Below are positions 1 to 9,630 of a stretch of DNA of 64,000 bases, one piece after another. The stretch comes from Myxococcota bacterium (GTDB lineage Bacteria; Myxococcota_A; SURF-8): assembly GCA_965140415.1 (NCBI GenBank), contig OZ223209.1:320001-384000 (forward strand), in the 5' to 3' direction. Position 1 is the first letter of the stretch, and each line of letters begins with the position of its first letter. The notes beneath the pieces were generated by a model, which was given only the letters and a program-made list of their open reading frames with translations, ran no database searches and was not told where the DNA came from. Position numbers and translations under genes: made by a program.

Positions 1-1
1 T

Positions 2-637
2 CGTGCGCTGACGCGAAAACTGCAACAGTTGTTGAGTCAGATCCGCTGCACGAACGCAACTGTCCTCGATAATCTGCGAATATCCCGCTAAGGTTTCATC
101 ATCTTCACAAAGAGCGTGAATCAAGTTGGCGTATCCCAGGATGCCGGAAAGCAGATTGTTGAAATCATGCGCGATGCCACCGGCCAGACTGGCAACAGCT
201 TCCATGCGTTTGGCATACACCAGATCCTGTACCAGGGAATTGCCGTCTTGGGATTGATTTAAACCGATCACCCGCCTTACCAGAGCGGGGAGGATCAAGG
301 TCCAGTTGTTATCCAGAACCAGGTAGCTGACCGCGCCATGGTCCAAAGCCAGGGGAACTCGGCTGATATTGCCGGGTTCGACCAACACCAATACGGGAAC
401 ATCCGCCAATTGTTCCGACCATTCCAGGGCTTGCCGATCGATTGGATTTGTGGAATTTTCCAACACGACCAGAGCCAGATCGGCGGGAGAAACCGAGACT
501 TCGTCGGTGATTGCTTCCAGTGAAGATACGGGGATCAGCGATAGGGATTCCTGGACATTACCCAGAACCAATTCGCAGGTCGATACGAATTCCTTATCCG
601 CTCCAACAACCAGAATACGCCACTCAACCTGTTTCAT
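2..637 (-). CDS. Hybrid sensor histidine kinase (degenerate N-terminal receiver-like region plus HisKA); 3' end runs off the window
   Basis: Not in the ORF track. Manual translation from ATG 637 gives MKQVEWRILVVGAD...KRMEAVASLAGGIAHDFNNLLSGILGY (H-box) with no stop before the window edge. Confidence 0.85.
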   Translation of the reverse strand, partial: MKQVEWRILVVGADKEFVSTCELVLGNVQESLSLIPVSSLEAITDEVSVSPADLALVVLENSTNPIDRQALEWSEQLADVPVLVLVEPGNISRVPLALDHGAVSYLVLDNNWTLILPALVRRVIGLNQSQDGNSLVQDLVYAKRMEAVASLAGGIAHDFNNLLSGILGYANLIHALCEDDETLAGYSQIIEDSCVRAADLTQQLLQFSRQRT

Positions 638-919
638 GGTTTTGTACCCATACAGAAATTTACCATAATTATATCAGATTATAATACTGTTTGCAACAAA
701 AACTGGCATGAAGTAAATTTTGGGTGAATGCATTTTATTGAGTGATTTTTGGGGATTTACTTTTTCTCACCCGATTTCCCGTCATCCCGCTGACGCTCGT
801 AGCGCTACGTAGAAAGATCGCACCGGCCAGCCTTCCCGGTCGAGACCGCTAACTCACCCATTTAACTATATAAGCCCGGACTTACATTGCAGAGCGGAAC
901 CGGCTGCATTGGTACGATT

Positions 920-933
920 TACAAAATTTTGAC
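920..933. promoter_or_regulatory. Candidate enhancer-binding-protein site (FleQ-box-like)
   Basis: TACAAAATTTTGAC with palindromic core CAAAATTTTG, between the divergent kinase and EBP genes. Confidence 0.3.
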
Positions 934-1023
934 ACCCTATAAAGCAATTCAACATTGCCAGATAGCTCGATTGCTGGTATGATACGCATTCTGGGGTGTT
1001 TAATTGCAGCGGCTAAATCCACA

Positions 1024-2418
1024 ATGAGTCGAAAATATAAAATTCTGGTTGTTGATGACGAACCAACCGTCCGAACGGCTATCGCCAGTTATCTGCGTAC
1101 CTTCAATTTCGAAGTTGAAGAAGCGGAAGATGGTGAATTTGCTAAAGATCTTTTAGGCAAAGCCCACTTCGACCTGATCGTGACCGATGTCACCATGCCA
1201 CGTTTCGACGGTCTCCAATTGACTGCGTATGCCAAGGAGCACAATCCACAGGCGGAAGTCATCGTCATTACCGGCTACGGCACAATTGAAATGGCGGTCG
1301 AGGTCATGAAGCGCGGAGCCTTCATGTTCCTGCAAAAGCCCATCAAGCTGCCGGATTTAAAAGATCAGGTGGAAAAAGCACTGGGTCTGATGCTCGACAG
1401 CAACTTCACGGCCAGTTCCATTCGCAATAACGTGGCCAAAGAGGGGGTCATCGGTCGACTGGTTAAAAGCGACGATGCCAAAATGACCGAACTGTTCAGC
1501 ATCGCCAAGGTGATTGCTCCCACCGATTCGACGGTATTGATTACCGGTGAAAGCGGTACCGGAAAAGAGCTGTTGGCGCAATACATTCATTTCAACAGCG
1601 GTCGTGCCGAAGGCCCCATGATTCCGATCAATTGCGGAGCCATTCCGGAAAGCCTGATGGAAAGCGAATTCTTCGGGCATGTCAAAGGAGCCTTCACTGG
1701 CGCAGTCAACGCCCGCAAAGGTCGCCTGAGGCTGGCCGATAACGGCACGCTCTTTCTGGATGAGGTCGGCGAATTACCGCTGCACATGCAGGTCAAGCTG
1801 CTGCGCGTATTACAGGAAAAAAGCTTCGAACCGGTCGGCTCCAGCAAATCCGAAAATTCCGATTTTCGCGTGATCGCGGCCACCAATAAAGACCTGGAAA
1901 AAGCGGTACAGGAAGAACAGTTCCGCGAGGATCTCTATTACCGTCTCAACGTCATCCCGCTGCATCTGCCGCCGCTACGGGCGCGACGCGGGGACATCAT
2001 GAAGCTGGCCAACTATTTCGTCGATCGGTTCAACAGGGAAAAGAACTGTCGGATCAGCGGTTTCAGTGACGATGCCGGAAACGTGCTAAGCGCTTATTCC
2101 TGGCCGGGAAACATTCGCGAACTGGAAAACATCGTAGAGCGCATGGTGATCATTCATCAGCGCGGTTTGATCGAAGTGGAAGACTTGCCCCAGAAAATCC
2201 GCAGTGGGTCATCCGTGAAAGCCCCCACCAAAATGGAAGACGAGGAAATCCCGGATAACGGCATCAACTTCGCCGATGAAGTGGATCGGCTGGAACGCAA
2301 GTTGATCGGGTTGGCCTTGCAACGCACGGGCGGCAACCGCAACCAGGCGGCAAAGATTCTGAACTTGAATCGTACAACACTCGTCGAAAAAATCAAAAAG
2401 AAGAAAATAGAGATTTAG
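1024..2418 (+). CDS. Sigma54-dependent response regulator (REC-AAA+-HTH_8, NtrC/FleQ-like)
   Basis: ILVVDDE receiver, GESGTGKE Walker A, GAFTGA, LFLDE, C-terminal LNRTTLVEKIKK; start moved to ATG 1024. Confidence 0.95.
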   Translation: MSRKYKILVVDDEPTVRTAIASYLRTFNFEVEEAEDGEFAKDLLGKAHFDLIVTDVTMPRFDGLQLTAYAKEHNPQAEVIVITGYGTIEMAVEVMKRGAFMFLQKPIKLPDLKDQVEKALGLMLDSNFTASSIRNNVAKEGVIGRLVKSDDAKMTELFSIAKVIAPTDSTVLITGESGTGKELLAQYIHFNSGRAEGPMIPINCGAIPESLMESEFFGHVKGAFTGAVNARKGRLRLADNGTLFLDEVGELPLHMQVKLLRVLQEKSFEPVGSSKSENSDFRVIAATNKDLEKAVQEEQFREDLYYRLNVIPLHLPPLRARRGDIMKLANYFVDRFNREKNCRISGFSDDAGNVLSAYSWPGNIRELENIVERMVIIHQRGLIEVEDLPQKIRSGSSVKAPTKMEDEEIPDNGINFADEVDRLERKLIGLALQRTGGNRNQAAKILNLNRTTLVEKIKKKKIEI

Positions 2419-2480
2419 AGCAGATACTGTCCACTTCTGCTCATCGAGTAATCGAGATGTCTCATGGCCTCACGGTGTGT

Positions 2481-2563
2481 GGCATGGGCCAAGCGGAGAA
2501 AAACGAAGCTTGCCCATGTGGCTCTCGAACACAGGCAAACCTGCGGTTTAGCCCGCGCCCCCC
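2481..2563. repeat. REPIN-like dispersed repeat family A, copy 1
   Basis: 2491-2558 matches 28691-28758 at 61/68 nt; inverted partial copy at 8011-8056. Confidence 0.85.
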
Positions 2564-2610
2564 TGAAATCAACTATAGGAGTTATTATCCATTATTCGCG
2601 ATGTCTTACT

Positions 2611-2663
2611 GTAGCGGCGAGGCGTAAGCCCGCCGTTTTCAATATGCTTTTCAGCGCCACTAC
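2611..2663. repeat. GTAG-type REP family B, copy 1
   Basis: GTAGCGGCGAGGCGTAAGCCCGCC...CGCCACTAC; related copies at 7922 and 40142-40203. Confidence 0.8.
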
Positions 2664-2684
2664 AGGAAAAACCTTGTAATCGCT

Positions 2685-3953
2685 TCAGTGAATCCGGGGG
2701 GTGGGATCGTCCTCATCGTCATTCGAAGGATGCTCGGGATCTACCCATTGCAAGCGCTTCAATGGTGAACTGGACGGTGTTTCTTGACTGCTTTGCCGTG
2801 TCGTTTCCATGGGATTACGTCGTTCGGAACGATTCAAGCTGGACAGGCTGGAAACGTTTTGTTCCTGCCGATTCGGAACCAACTGAAGATGGCCGGTACG
2901 CCGTAGCGGTTGCGGTTCATTAAGCGAGCGAAGCGTCCGGTCCATGGCTTGCTCTTCCGCTTCCCATGCATCCATCTTCTTCTTCCTATCGCGCCGCCGT
3001 TTGAAATAGCCCATTAAAAACAGGATGGAAGCCACCGTCCAGACCGTCGTTCCCGACATGATCAGCGGAATCCAGTTGTAATTCATTTTCAAACTGGAAA
3101 GCCACTTTATTTCGATCTCGTTCTGGGTTTTGCCATAGGTTTCTTCCAATGCGGAAGCGAACGCTTCTCCTTTTCCCAGGCGCTTGAAGAAACGATGAAA
3201 TTTCTCTTCTCCGAATTCTCCCACCATGTAGTTCACGAACTCGAAGCTCTGATCGTAGGCCAGGTGCACATCCATGGGATTGGAAGGAAACCTCTGAGTC
3301 AGATCGTCCATCGGCATCAAGCGACCGGAAATCAACGCTTTACTTAAACGCAAGGCGCGTTCCAGTTCGAACTGTCTGGCCTGCCACTGCGCCAGCCCCT
3401 CGACGAACCATTTCGGCATGGGATTGTCGCCTACGACGTTTCGCAGAATGATGTGCGACATTTCGTGGCGAAAGGTTTCCATCAGATCGATGGCCTGCCC
3501 CTGCGATCCCGCCTGCCGAAGCAGAACCACATTAAGCCGGGTATAGGCAATGCCCGCCACCCAGTCGGGCACTCGACGTCCCCCCGGCTGCATCGTCTGG
3601 AAATCCTTGCCGTTTGCGGCCAGATACACGCGAGTTTTTCCCGGCGGATCGACGCCGATCTCGGCGACCAGTTGAGCGCGAATCGATTCTGCCTGAGCCA
3701 TGATGGCATCGGCGCGGGTTTTGCCGCGTTGTGGGAAGGTAAATAGATAATGCTCGGTTTCATTTTCCGCATAGCCATCGGGAAGTTGGATCGAAGTGCT
3801 GGATAATTCATGACTTTCCAGAACTCGTTCCCGTAGCGGTCCTTCCGGTGCCTGTTCGGCCATCACCGATGGAACGACCCCGAGACTCATGAAAGAGAGG
3901 AATATGATGAGTAATGACAAGATGTTGCGCTTTAATCGTTTCGGATGGAAAAT
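2685..3953 (-). CDS. Membrane-anchored peptidase MA-like zinc metallopeptidase
   Basis: HEMSH (HExxH) plus WFVEGLA, N-terminal signal peptide, C-terminal TM helix and disordered tail; start is TTG 3920 or ATT 3953. Confidence 0.85.
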   Translation of the reverse strand: MFHPKRLKRNILSLLIIFLSFMSLGVVPSVMAEQAPEGPLRERVLESHELSSTSIQLPDGYAENETEHYLFTFPQRGKTRADAIMAQAESIRAQLVAEIGVDPPGKTRVYLAANGKDFQTMQPGGRRVPDWVAGIAYTRLNVVLLRQAGSQGQAIDLMETFRHEMSHIILRNVVGDNPMPKWFVEGLAQWQARQFELERALRLSKALISGRLMPMDDLTQRFPSNPMDVHLAYDQSFEFVNYMVGEFGEEKFHRFFKRLGKGEAFASALEETYGKTQNEIEIKWLSSLKMNYNWIPLIMSGTTVWTVASILFLMGYFKRRRDRKKKMDAWEAEEQAMDRTLRSLNEPQPLRRTGHLQLVPNRQEQNVSSLSSLNRSERRNPMETTRQSSQETPSSSPLKRLQWVDPEHPSNDDEDDPTPRIH

Positions 3954-3988
3954 GATCGCTCCTTACTGCGAGGAAAAAAATAACCGGC

Positions 3989-4285
3989 TTAGGCCACTTC
4001 TAAAATAGAGGCTGCTGTTTCCGGCTTTATGCCCACAATCCGAATCCGCTTGCGCCGCGAGCTGCTCCCGGCTTCAAGTTGCACCGCCTGTTTGGGAACG
4101 CCGAACCGTTTACTGAAAAAAGCGATCAGTTCCTTATTGGCCGCTCCATCCACCGGCGGAGCTTTCAAGCGGACTTTCAAGCGACCGTCATGCTCGCCGA
4201 TGACTTCGCTTTTCGAAGCGCGCGGCTGTACCAGCACTTCCAGCAGTACGTCGTTTTTTTCTTGCCGCAGCCAGTCGCGGCTCAT
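3989..4285 (-). CDS. yggU: DUF167/UPF0235 family protein
   Basis: VQPRAS, LKAPPVDGAAN, SSRRK motifs; conserved gene context. Confidence 0.9.
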   Translation of the reverse strand: MSRDWLRQEKNDVLLEVLVQPRASKSEVIGEHDGRLKVRLKAPPVDGAANKELIAFFSKRFGVPKQAVQLEAGSSSRRKRIRIVGIKPETAASILEVA

Positions 4286-4287
4286 AC

Positions 4288-4842
4288 TCAGTTCTCCTCG
4301 GAAAAGGCGTCGCCGCTTTCCTCTTCATCTTCTCGTTCATACGAGTCGAAGGAATCTTCCTCATGTTGCTCGATGGACTGCGCCGAGCGCCGCTCCTGTT
4401 CGTTTAACGCATCCAGCATTTTCAAATGCACTTCGATGGAACTGCGCAAAGTCGTTTCGAACTGGATTTTCTGGCGTTTCAAGTCGTGAATGTCACTGAT
4501 CAAATCCCTCCGACGCAGTTCCGCATCCTGCATAAAGCGTTCCGCTTCGACTTCCGCCTTGGAAATCAAAGCCTGCGCTTCGCGTTCGGCGATGGCCTTT
4601 AAATCTTCGCTCATTTTCTGAGCGGTTAAAAGCGTTTGTTTTAATGTCTGTTCGCGGTCGCGATGCTCTAACAAACGTTCTTCCAACTCGGACACGCGCC
4701 CTTTCAACTCGTTGTTATCGCGAACCAGTTCTTCCATTTCTTCGGAGACGAGTTGCAGAAATTCCTCGACTTCCTGCTGGTCGATACCCCGAAAGGAACT
4801 TTGAAAGCGTTTTTGTTTGACCTCTAACGGAGTCAGCTTCAT
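4288..4842 (-). CDS. divIVA: DivIVA domain coiled-coil protein
   Basis: MKLTPLEVKQKRFQSSFRG..EVEEFL signature, coiled coil, acidic tail. Confidence 0.9.
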   Translation of the reverse strand: MKLTPLEVKQKRFQSSFRGIDQQEVEEFLQLVSEEMEELVRDNNELKGRVSELEERLLEHRDREQTLKQTLLTAQKMSEDLKAIAEREAQALISKAEVEAERFMQDAELRRRDLISDIHDLKRQKIQFETTLRSSIEVHLKMLDALNEQERRSAQSIEQHEEDSFDSYEREDEEESGDAFSEEN

Positions 4843-5147
4843 CAGAAACCTCCCTTCAAGGATCGGGCGTAATCGAACAGGTTCGCCACCAGGGCGTATT
4901 GCAGAAAGTAGATGATGCCCAGCGCGACCAGCGGGGTAAAGTCCAAACCGCCGACATTGCGCAAAAAGGGCAGGTAGCGACGCAATTTTCTGAACAACGG
5001 CTCGGTCGCGCGCATCAGGATACGAACGATCGGATTGTATGGATCGGCGTTCACCCAGGAGATGATCACGCGACCCAGCACGATAAACATGTAAACCTGT
5101 AGAAACATGTCCAACACGCTAGCTATTCCAAAAAGAACGTTTGCCAT
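4842..5147 (-). CDS. yggT: YggT/YGGT family membrane protein
   Basis: ISWVNADPYNP, TEP, GLDFTP motifs. Confidence 0.92.
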   Translation of the reverse strand: MANVLFGIASVLDMFLQVYMFIVLGRVIISWVNADPYNPIVRILMRATEPLFRKLRRYLPFLRNVGGLDFTPLVALGIIYFLQYALVANLFDYARSLKGGF

Positions 5148-5171
5148 GATCTTTATAACCTCCCGGTTTTC

Positions 5172-5867
5172 TTAAGTATGATAGTTTCGCGGTCCGAAAA
5201 TATCCGTACCGATGCGCACCATCGTTGCGCCTTCCTCCACCGCTGCTTCCAGATCGGTGGACATGCCCATCGACAATTCCGGCAGCGCCAACCCGCTATC
5301 TTGCCGCAGCTTTTCTGCCAACAGGCATAAGCGCTTGTGGAAGGGCCGAATCAATTCCGGGTCGTCGTAAAAGGGCGGTATCGACATCAACCCCAACACC
5401 CGAACGTGTTCGAGCCCAGTTGCCGTTTCCAATAATTCCGCCGCCTGCTTTTCCGATACGCCGCCTTTGCTTTCCTGCTCGCCGACGTTGATTTCCAGCA
5501 GGCAATCCGTCACGATATCCAACGCCGCGCTGCGTTTTTCGATTTCACGCAGCAGCTTTGGGCGATCCACCGAATGAATCAGCTCCACCTGTCCCACGAT
5601 CTGCCGCACCTTGTTCGATTGCAGCCGTCCGATAAAATGCCAGTGCACCGTGTTTGGACATTGCGGCTTGATTTCCAATAGTTCCTGGGCGTAGTTCTGC
5701 GCGATTTCCATCTGCCCGGCTTCAATCGCTTCCAGTACGCGTGAGGCAGGCTGCGTTTTGGCGACAGCCAGGAGACGTACCGATTCCGGAGCGCGTCCGG
5801 CTTTTTCGCAGGCCCGTTGGATGCGTTGCTGCACCTGTACCAAATTGGCAGCCACGTCTACACTCAT
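5172..5867 (-). CDS. yggS: PLP homeostasis protein
   Basis: LAVAKT, NYAQE, WHFIGRLQSNK, LSMGMS, VRIGT. Confidence 0.95.
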   Translation of the reverse strand: MSVDVAANLVQVQQRIQRACEKAGRAPESVRLLAVAKTQPASRVLEAIEAGQMEIAQNYAQELLEIKPQCPNTVHWHFIGRLQSNKVRQIVGQVELIHSVDRPKLLREIEKRSAALDIVTDCLLEINVGEQESKGGVSEKQAAELLETATGLEHVRVLGLMSIPPFYDDPELIRPFHKRLCLLAEKLRQDSGLALPELSMGMSTDLEAAVEEGATMVRIGTDIFGPRNYHT

Positions 5868-6439
5868 AACGAAACTCCCACTTTCTTCAGCAGTTCCAGG
5901 GTTTCGGTCAATGGTAGACCGATGACGTTGGTGTAGGAACCGTGTACGCTCTCTACCATCGCGCCGCCTTCACCTTGAATGGCGTAGGCTCCGGCTTTGT
6001 CGTGCGGTTCGGGAGTGGCGACGTAGCGCCGGATGCTCGCTTCGCTCAACGCCCTGAACGTAACCGGAGTACTTACGACCTGTTCGTAGCAGCTTCGATC
6101 CCGACCCAGTACACAAATACCGGTAAATACGACATGCGTTCGACCCGATAGCCGTTGAAGCATCTTCACTGCATCTTCCGGATCGCGTGGCTTACCGAGA
6201 ATATCGTCATCCAGGGTAACGATTGTATCCGCCGCCAGAATCGGCGCGCCCGATTCGTGATCGCCACGATCGAAGGAAGCCTGGGCTTTTTCGCGCGCCA
6301 GCCGACGCACGAAGGCTTCGGGCGTTTCACCTGACTTCAGGCTTTCATCGATGTCCACCGGACGAATATCAAACTGCAACCCCGCCGAAGTCAATAGGCG
6401 TTTGCGGCGAGGGGATTGTGAGGCCAGAATCAACATCAT
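5864..6439 (-). CDS. maf: Maf family nucleoside triphosphate pyrophosphatase
   Basis: LILASQSPRR, ADT, LGKP, DKAGAY, NVIGLP. Confidence 0.95.
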   Translation of the reverse strand: MMLILASQSPRRKRLLTSAGLQFDIRPVDIDESLKSGETPEAFVRRLAREKAQASFDRGDHESGAPILAADTIVTLDDDILGKPRDPEDAVKMLQRLSGRTHVVFTGICVLGRDRSCYEQVVSTPVTFRALSEASIRRYVATPEPHDKAGAYAIQGEGGAMVESVHGSYTNVIGLPLTETLELLKKVGVSL

Positions 6440-6627
6440 CGTTCTCTTTTACTTCTGCATGGTTGCCAACATTTGCGCTCGATTTTGCATTGAACATGTA
6501 AAATCAAGGCGCATTATTATAGCCAGCAAGCGCTTACAAGTCAACGAAACATAGAAATTCCAATAGTTTAAAAGACATTCCAAGCAGGCTCGATCTTGCG
6601 GGAGTTTGAACTTTTTTCCGTTATATA

Positions 6628-6642
6628 GGACAGACTATGTCC
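6628..6642. promoter_or_regulatory. Inverted repeat, candidate WYL-regulator operator
   Basis: GGACA-N5-TGTCC about 85 nt upstream of the WYL gene start. Confidence 0.5.
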
Positions 6643-6727
6643 ATAGTGGGGTTGTCAAGCGTATTCGGAAGGGATAGGCTTATTCTTGATACGAAAAGAT
6701 ATCGCGCATTTTTACGGGAGGGATATC

Positions 6728-7786
6728 ATGACAACGGGGCGTCCCAAGGGGAAGTATACACAAGCCTATCGCCTGGTAAAAATCATGGAGATGCTGCAAA
6801 CCAAGCAGCAGGTCACGATCGGCATGCTGGTAAATGAGTTCGGTGTAAGTCGCCGAACGGCGAACCGCGATCTGGCGACCTTGCAGGAAACCTACTCCAT
6901 CGAAGAAGTCGGCCAACTGGATGACAAGCAGAAAATCTGGCGGCTATCGAGCAGAGGCGGTAGTGAGTTCATCAAGCTGAGCGTGATGGAAATGGCGGCG
7001 CTATTTATGGGGAAAAACCTGTTCAATTTCACGCGCGGCACGGCACTGAAGGACAGTATCGATTCGTTATACAGTAAAGTTTCTCATCGCTTGACTTCTC
7101 AACGCAGCGCCTACAGCGAAAACCTGGAATTCAAATTCTACTGCACCCCCGGCGCACCCAAGGATTACGCCCAGCGCGACGATCAACTGAACGAAATCGT
7201 TACCGGTCTGCTGGAGGAGCAGAAAGTGCGCGTGTTGTATCGACCGCCCAATCGCAAATCCTACGAGGTCGTGTTGCATCCCTGGACGCTGGTGGCGCAT
7301 CATAACGGCCTGTATCTGATCGCCTTTTCCGAACGTTCGCAAACCATTCGCACCTTTGCGGTGGAGCGCATTCTCGATGCGAACTGGCTGCGCGGGGAGT
7401 CGTTTCCTTTTCCCGAAAACTACGACCCTCAAAAATATCTGTCACAGGCCTTTGGAATCACGGTTGGCAGCCCTGCCGAAGTCGTTCTCAGAGCAGGACA
7501 GGATACGGTGGAATACTTCCAGCAGCGGCAATGGCATCACAGCCAACGTCTGGAAGAGAGTGCCGATGGAGTGACCTACATTCACTTGCAGGTTCCGCTG
7601 ACACCGGAACTGATTTCCTGGATTCTTTCTTTCGGTTCGAAAGTGGAAGTGCTGCGCCCGGAAAAACTGCGGCACCAGATCCGGCATATTATCGATGCTA
7701 TGGCTCGCCTTTATTCCGACGACGAGTCACCTGCCGGAGAGGAACAGGATTCCACCACTCACAGCAACAAGATCGGAACAACCTGA
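6728..7786 (+). CDS. HTH-WYL-WCX transcriptional regulator (PafB/PafC/DriD-like)
   Basis: N-terminal wHTH (EFGVSRRTANRDL), LHPWTL..GLYLIA, RTFAVERI, WILSFG..VEVLRPEKLR; GGAGG before ATG 6728. Confidence 0.92.
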   Translation: MTTGRPKGKYTQAYRLVKIMEMLQTKQQVTIGMLVNEFGVSRRTANRDLATLQETYSIEEVGQLDDKQKIWRLSSRGGSEFIKLSVMEMAALFMGKNLFNFTRGTALKDSIDSLYSKVSHRLTSQRSAYSENLEFKFYCTPGAPKDYAQRDDQLNEIVTGLLEEQKVRVLYRPPNRKSYEVVLHPWTLVAHHNGLYLIAFSERSQTIRTFAVERILDANWLRGESFPFPENYDPQKYLSQAFGITVGSPAEVVLRAGQDTVEYFQQRQWHHSQRLEESADGVTYIHLQVPLTPELISWILSFGSKVEVLRPEKLRHQIRHIIDAMARLYSDDESPAGEEQDSTTHSNKIGTT

Positions 7787-7868
7787 AACAATTCGGTTTA
7801 ATTGGAGGAGTTGCCATTCCCTTCGATGGATCGGGATTGCAATTCTAGAGTGGTAGCATCATTTTCCC

Positions 7869-7945
7869 GTAGGTCGGCTCCAGTGTAGCCGACAATTCTG
7901 AGCAAATGTCTAAAAATTCCCGTAGCAGCGGAGCGTAAGCCCGCC
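7869..7945. repeat. Two GTAG-type REP hairpins
   Basis: GTAG-GTCGGCT-N7-AGCCGAC at 7869-7893 and a family B copy at 7922-7945 (21/24 to 2611-2634), both preceded by TTCCC. Confidence 0.7.
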
Positions 7946-8010
7946 TTTTTATACCGGTTCTTAGTCATTTCTAGCCACGAATTTCAATAACGTGTGCCAT
8001 CTATAATAGA

Positions 8011-8083
8011 GGGTCTAAGCCGCAGGCTTACCCGTGAGAGCCACATGGGCAAGCTCCGATTCCTTTCCGTTTTCCAAGCCCAT
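8011..8083 (-). repeat. REPIN-like family A, inverted degenerate copy
   Basis: Reverse complement reads AGCTTGCCCATGTGGCTCTC-ACGGGTAAGCCTGCGGCTTAGACCC, with a 4-nt loop deletion relative to the other copies. Confidence 0.75.
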
Positions 8084-8212
8084 CTTAACATTCAATGACA
8101 CACCCAGTAGGGATATAAGGATATCCTGTCGCTCCTGCTTGACTTTCCCCCCATGGCTGCGGTAGGTTGTCTGCGATAGTTGAATTATATATTAGGAAGT
8201 AAGGGTAAAACG

Positions 8213-9583
8213 ATGAGGGTACAGCAATCACCGAGGCCTGCTCTCGTGGCCGTATTTTTTGCGGTCCTGATTTCTCTTGTTTTTCTAGTAGGTTGTGGCG
8301 CGAAAGCACGACCGGAGGCGCAGACTGCCGCCGAACCGCTGGCCATTAAGAATATCCAGGTCAGTGCGGAATCGGGTCGTCTGCGCATACAATGGAGCCT
8401 GCCGGCAGCGGAAATCAGCAAGGTGGCCGGTGTGCGCATTTACCGCAAACACTGGCCCACCGGCACCGCCGATCCGGCGCAGATCAAAACCCTGCTGATG
8501 GGCGAACTGCCCGCCACGAAACAGAGTGTAGACGGTCGCCTGGTTTATGACGACCGCGACATCCAAACGACCAACAGCTACGAATACCATCTGTTCGCCT
8601 ACGACGCGGAAAAGAAACTGGGACCGGACTACATGATTGGCCCCTTTACTCCCGTTTTCCCGACGGAGCAGGTAAAGGGCCTGGTCGCCCAGGCGGGAGA
8701 CGGCGTGGTGCAACTTAGCTGGATGGCAGTCACGGGCGCAGTCGATCCGGAAAGCGGTGAAATCGCCAACGACACCGGCCTGCGCGTCGATCTCTATCGC
8801 GCCGAGGGCGAGCAGGGACCGTACACGCCCCAGGCCATCAACGATAAGCCCCTTGTTTCAACTGGTTACGAAGACTACGACGTGCGCCCCAGCAAGAAAA
8901 TGCGTTACCAGGCCCGGCTGGTGCGTATCGAAAAGGGAGTGCGTCTGCTCGGTCCGTTGACCCCGGAAGTCTCCGTTACGGTGCAGGACAATACGCCCCC
9001 TGCGGCGGCACAGGTGCTTGAAAGCGAAGCCATCGAAGGCGGCGTGCGGCTGTTGTGGCAGCCGGTGCCGGATCGTGGTTTGCTGGGTTATCAGGTTTTA
9101 CGCCGCAGCGCCAAACAGGAGCCGAAGGCATTTGCCCCGGTTTCCGGCCTGTTGACGGTGGACGAATTCACCGACCGCACAGTGGCCGATCCCGATACCT
9201 ACGTGTATCAGGTGATTGCCATCGATCGCGCGGGGAATCGTTCGCAGTCCGCCGAACGATCCATCGTGTACCCCAAACCGGAATCTCCGGCGCCCGCTCC
9301 GGCTCCGACGGAGGGAACGACTCCCGCCGCCGAAGAAAAACCTGTAGCCGCTCCGGCTGCAACCGCCGCCCCCGCAACGGAAAAGAAACCCGAAGCGGCT
9401 CCGGCGACGACGGAAGCTCCCGCAGCAGTCGCCGAACCGAAAAAAGAAGCCGCACCTGCAACAGCCGAACCGGTAGCTCCCGCAGAGGAAAAGAAAACGG
9501 AAGCGGCTCCGGCTCAGTCGGAACAGACAGAGCCTGCCGTAGAAGAGCCGCCCATCGTGCCGGTGCTGGTGCCTTTGCAATAA
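8213..9583 (+). CDS. Lipoprotein with fibronectin type III-like domains and Ala/Pro/Glu/Lys-rich tail
   Basis: Lipobox LVGC; three L.W...Y.IYR...Y.Y modules ending AIDRAGNRS; low-complexity C-terminus. Confidence 0.8.
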   Translation: MRVQQSPRPALVAVFFAVLISLVFLVGCGAKARPEAQTAAEPLAIKNIQVSAESGRLRIQWSLPAAEISKVAGVRIYRKHWPTGTADPAQIKTLLMGELPATKQSVDGRLVYDDRDIQTTNSYEYHLFAYDAEKKLGPDYMIGPFTPVFPTEQVKGLVAQAGDGVVQLSWMAVTGAVDPESGEIANDTGLRVDLYRAEGEQGPYTPQAINDKPLVSTGYEDYDVRPSKKMRYQARLVRIEKGVRLLGPLTPEVSVTVQDNTPPAAAQVLESEAIEGGVRLLWQPVPDRGLLGYQVLRRSAKQEPKAFAPVSGLLTVDEFTDRTVADPDTYVYQVIAIDRAGNRSQSAERSIVYPKPESPAPAPAPTEGTTPAAEEKPVAAPAATAAPATEKKPEAAPATTEAPAAVAEPKKEAAPATAEPVAPAEEKKTEAAPAQSEQTEPAVEEPPIVPVLVPLQ

Positions 9584-9630
9584 GCGCACTACGCCTGCCT
9601 AACTCGAACTTCAAGGATAGGAGGAGCGAC

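Noticed and set aside
2491-2558. Possible c-di-GMP-I (GEMM) riboswitch
   Set aside because: Lacks the GNRA/receptor architecture; occurs between convergent genes and in both orientations, which fits a repeat better
6728-7786. Anti-phage defence island around the WYL gene
   Set aside because: Neighbours are housekeeping genes; no nuclease, methylase or cas gene is present
9055-9630. 483-aa ORF implying an N-terminally extended DapA
   Set aside because: The extension overlaps the FN3 lipoprotein in another frame; a strong RBS precedes TTG 9631
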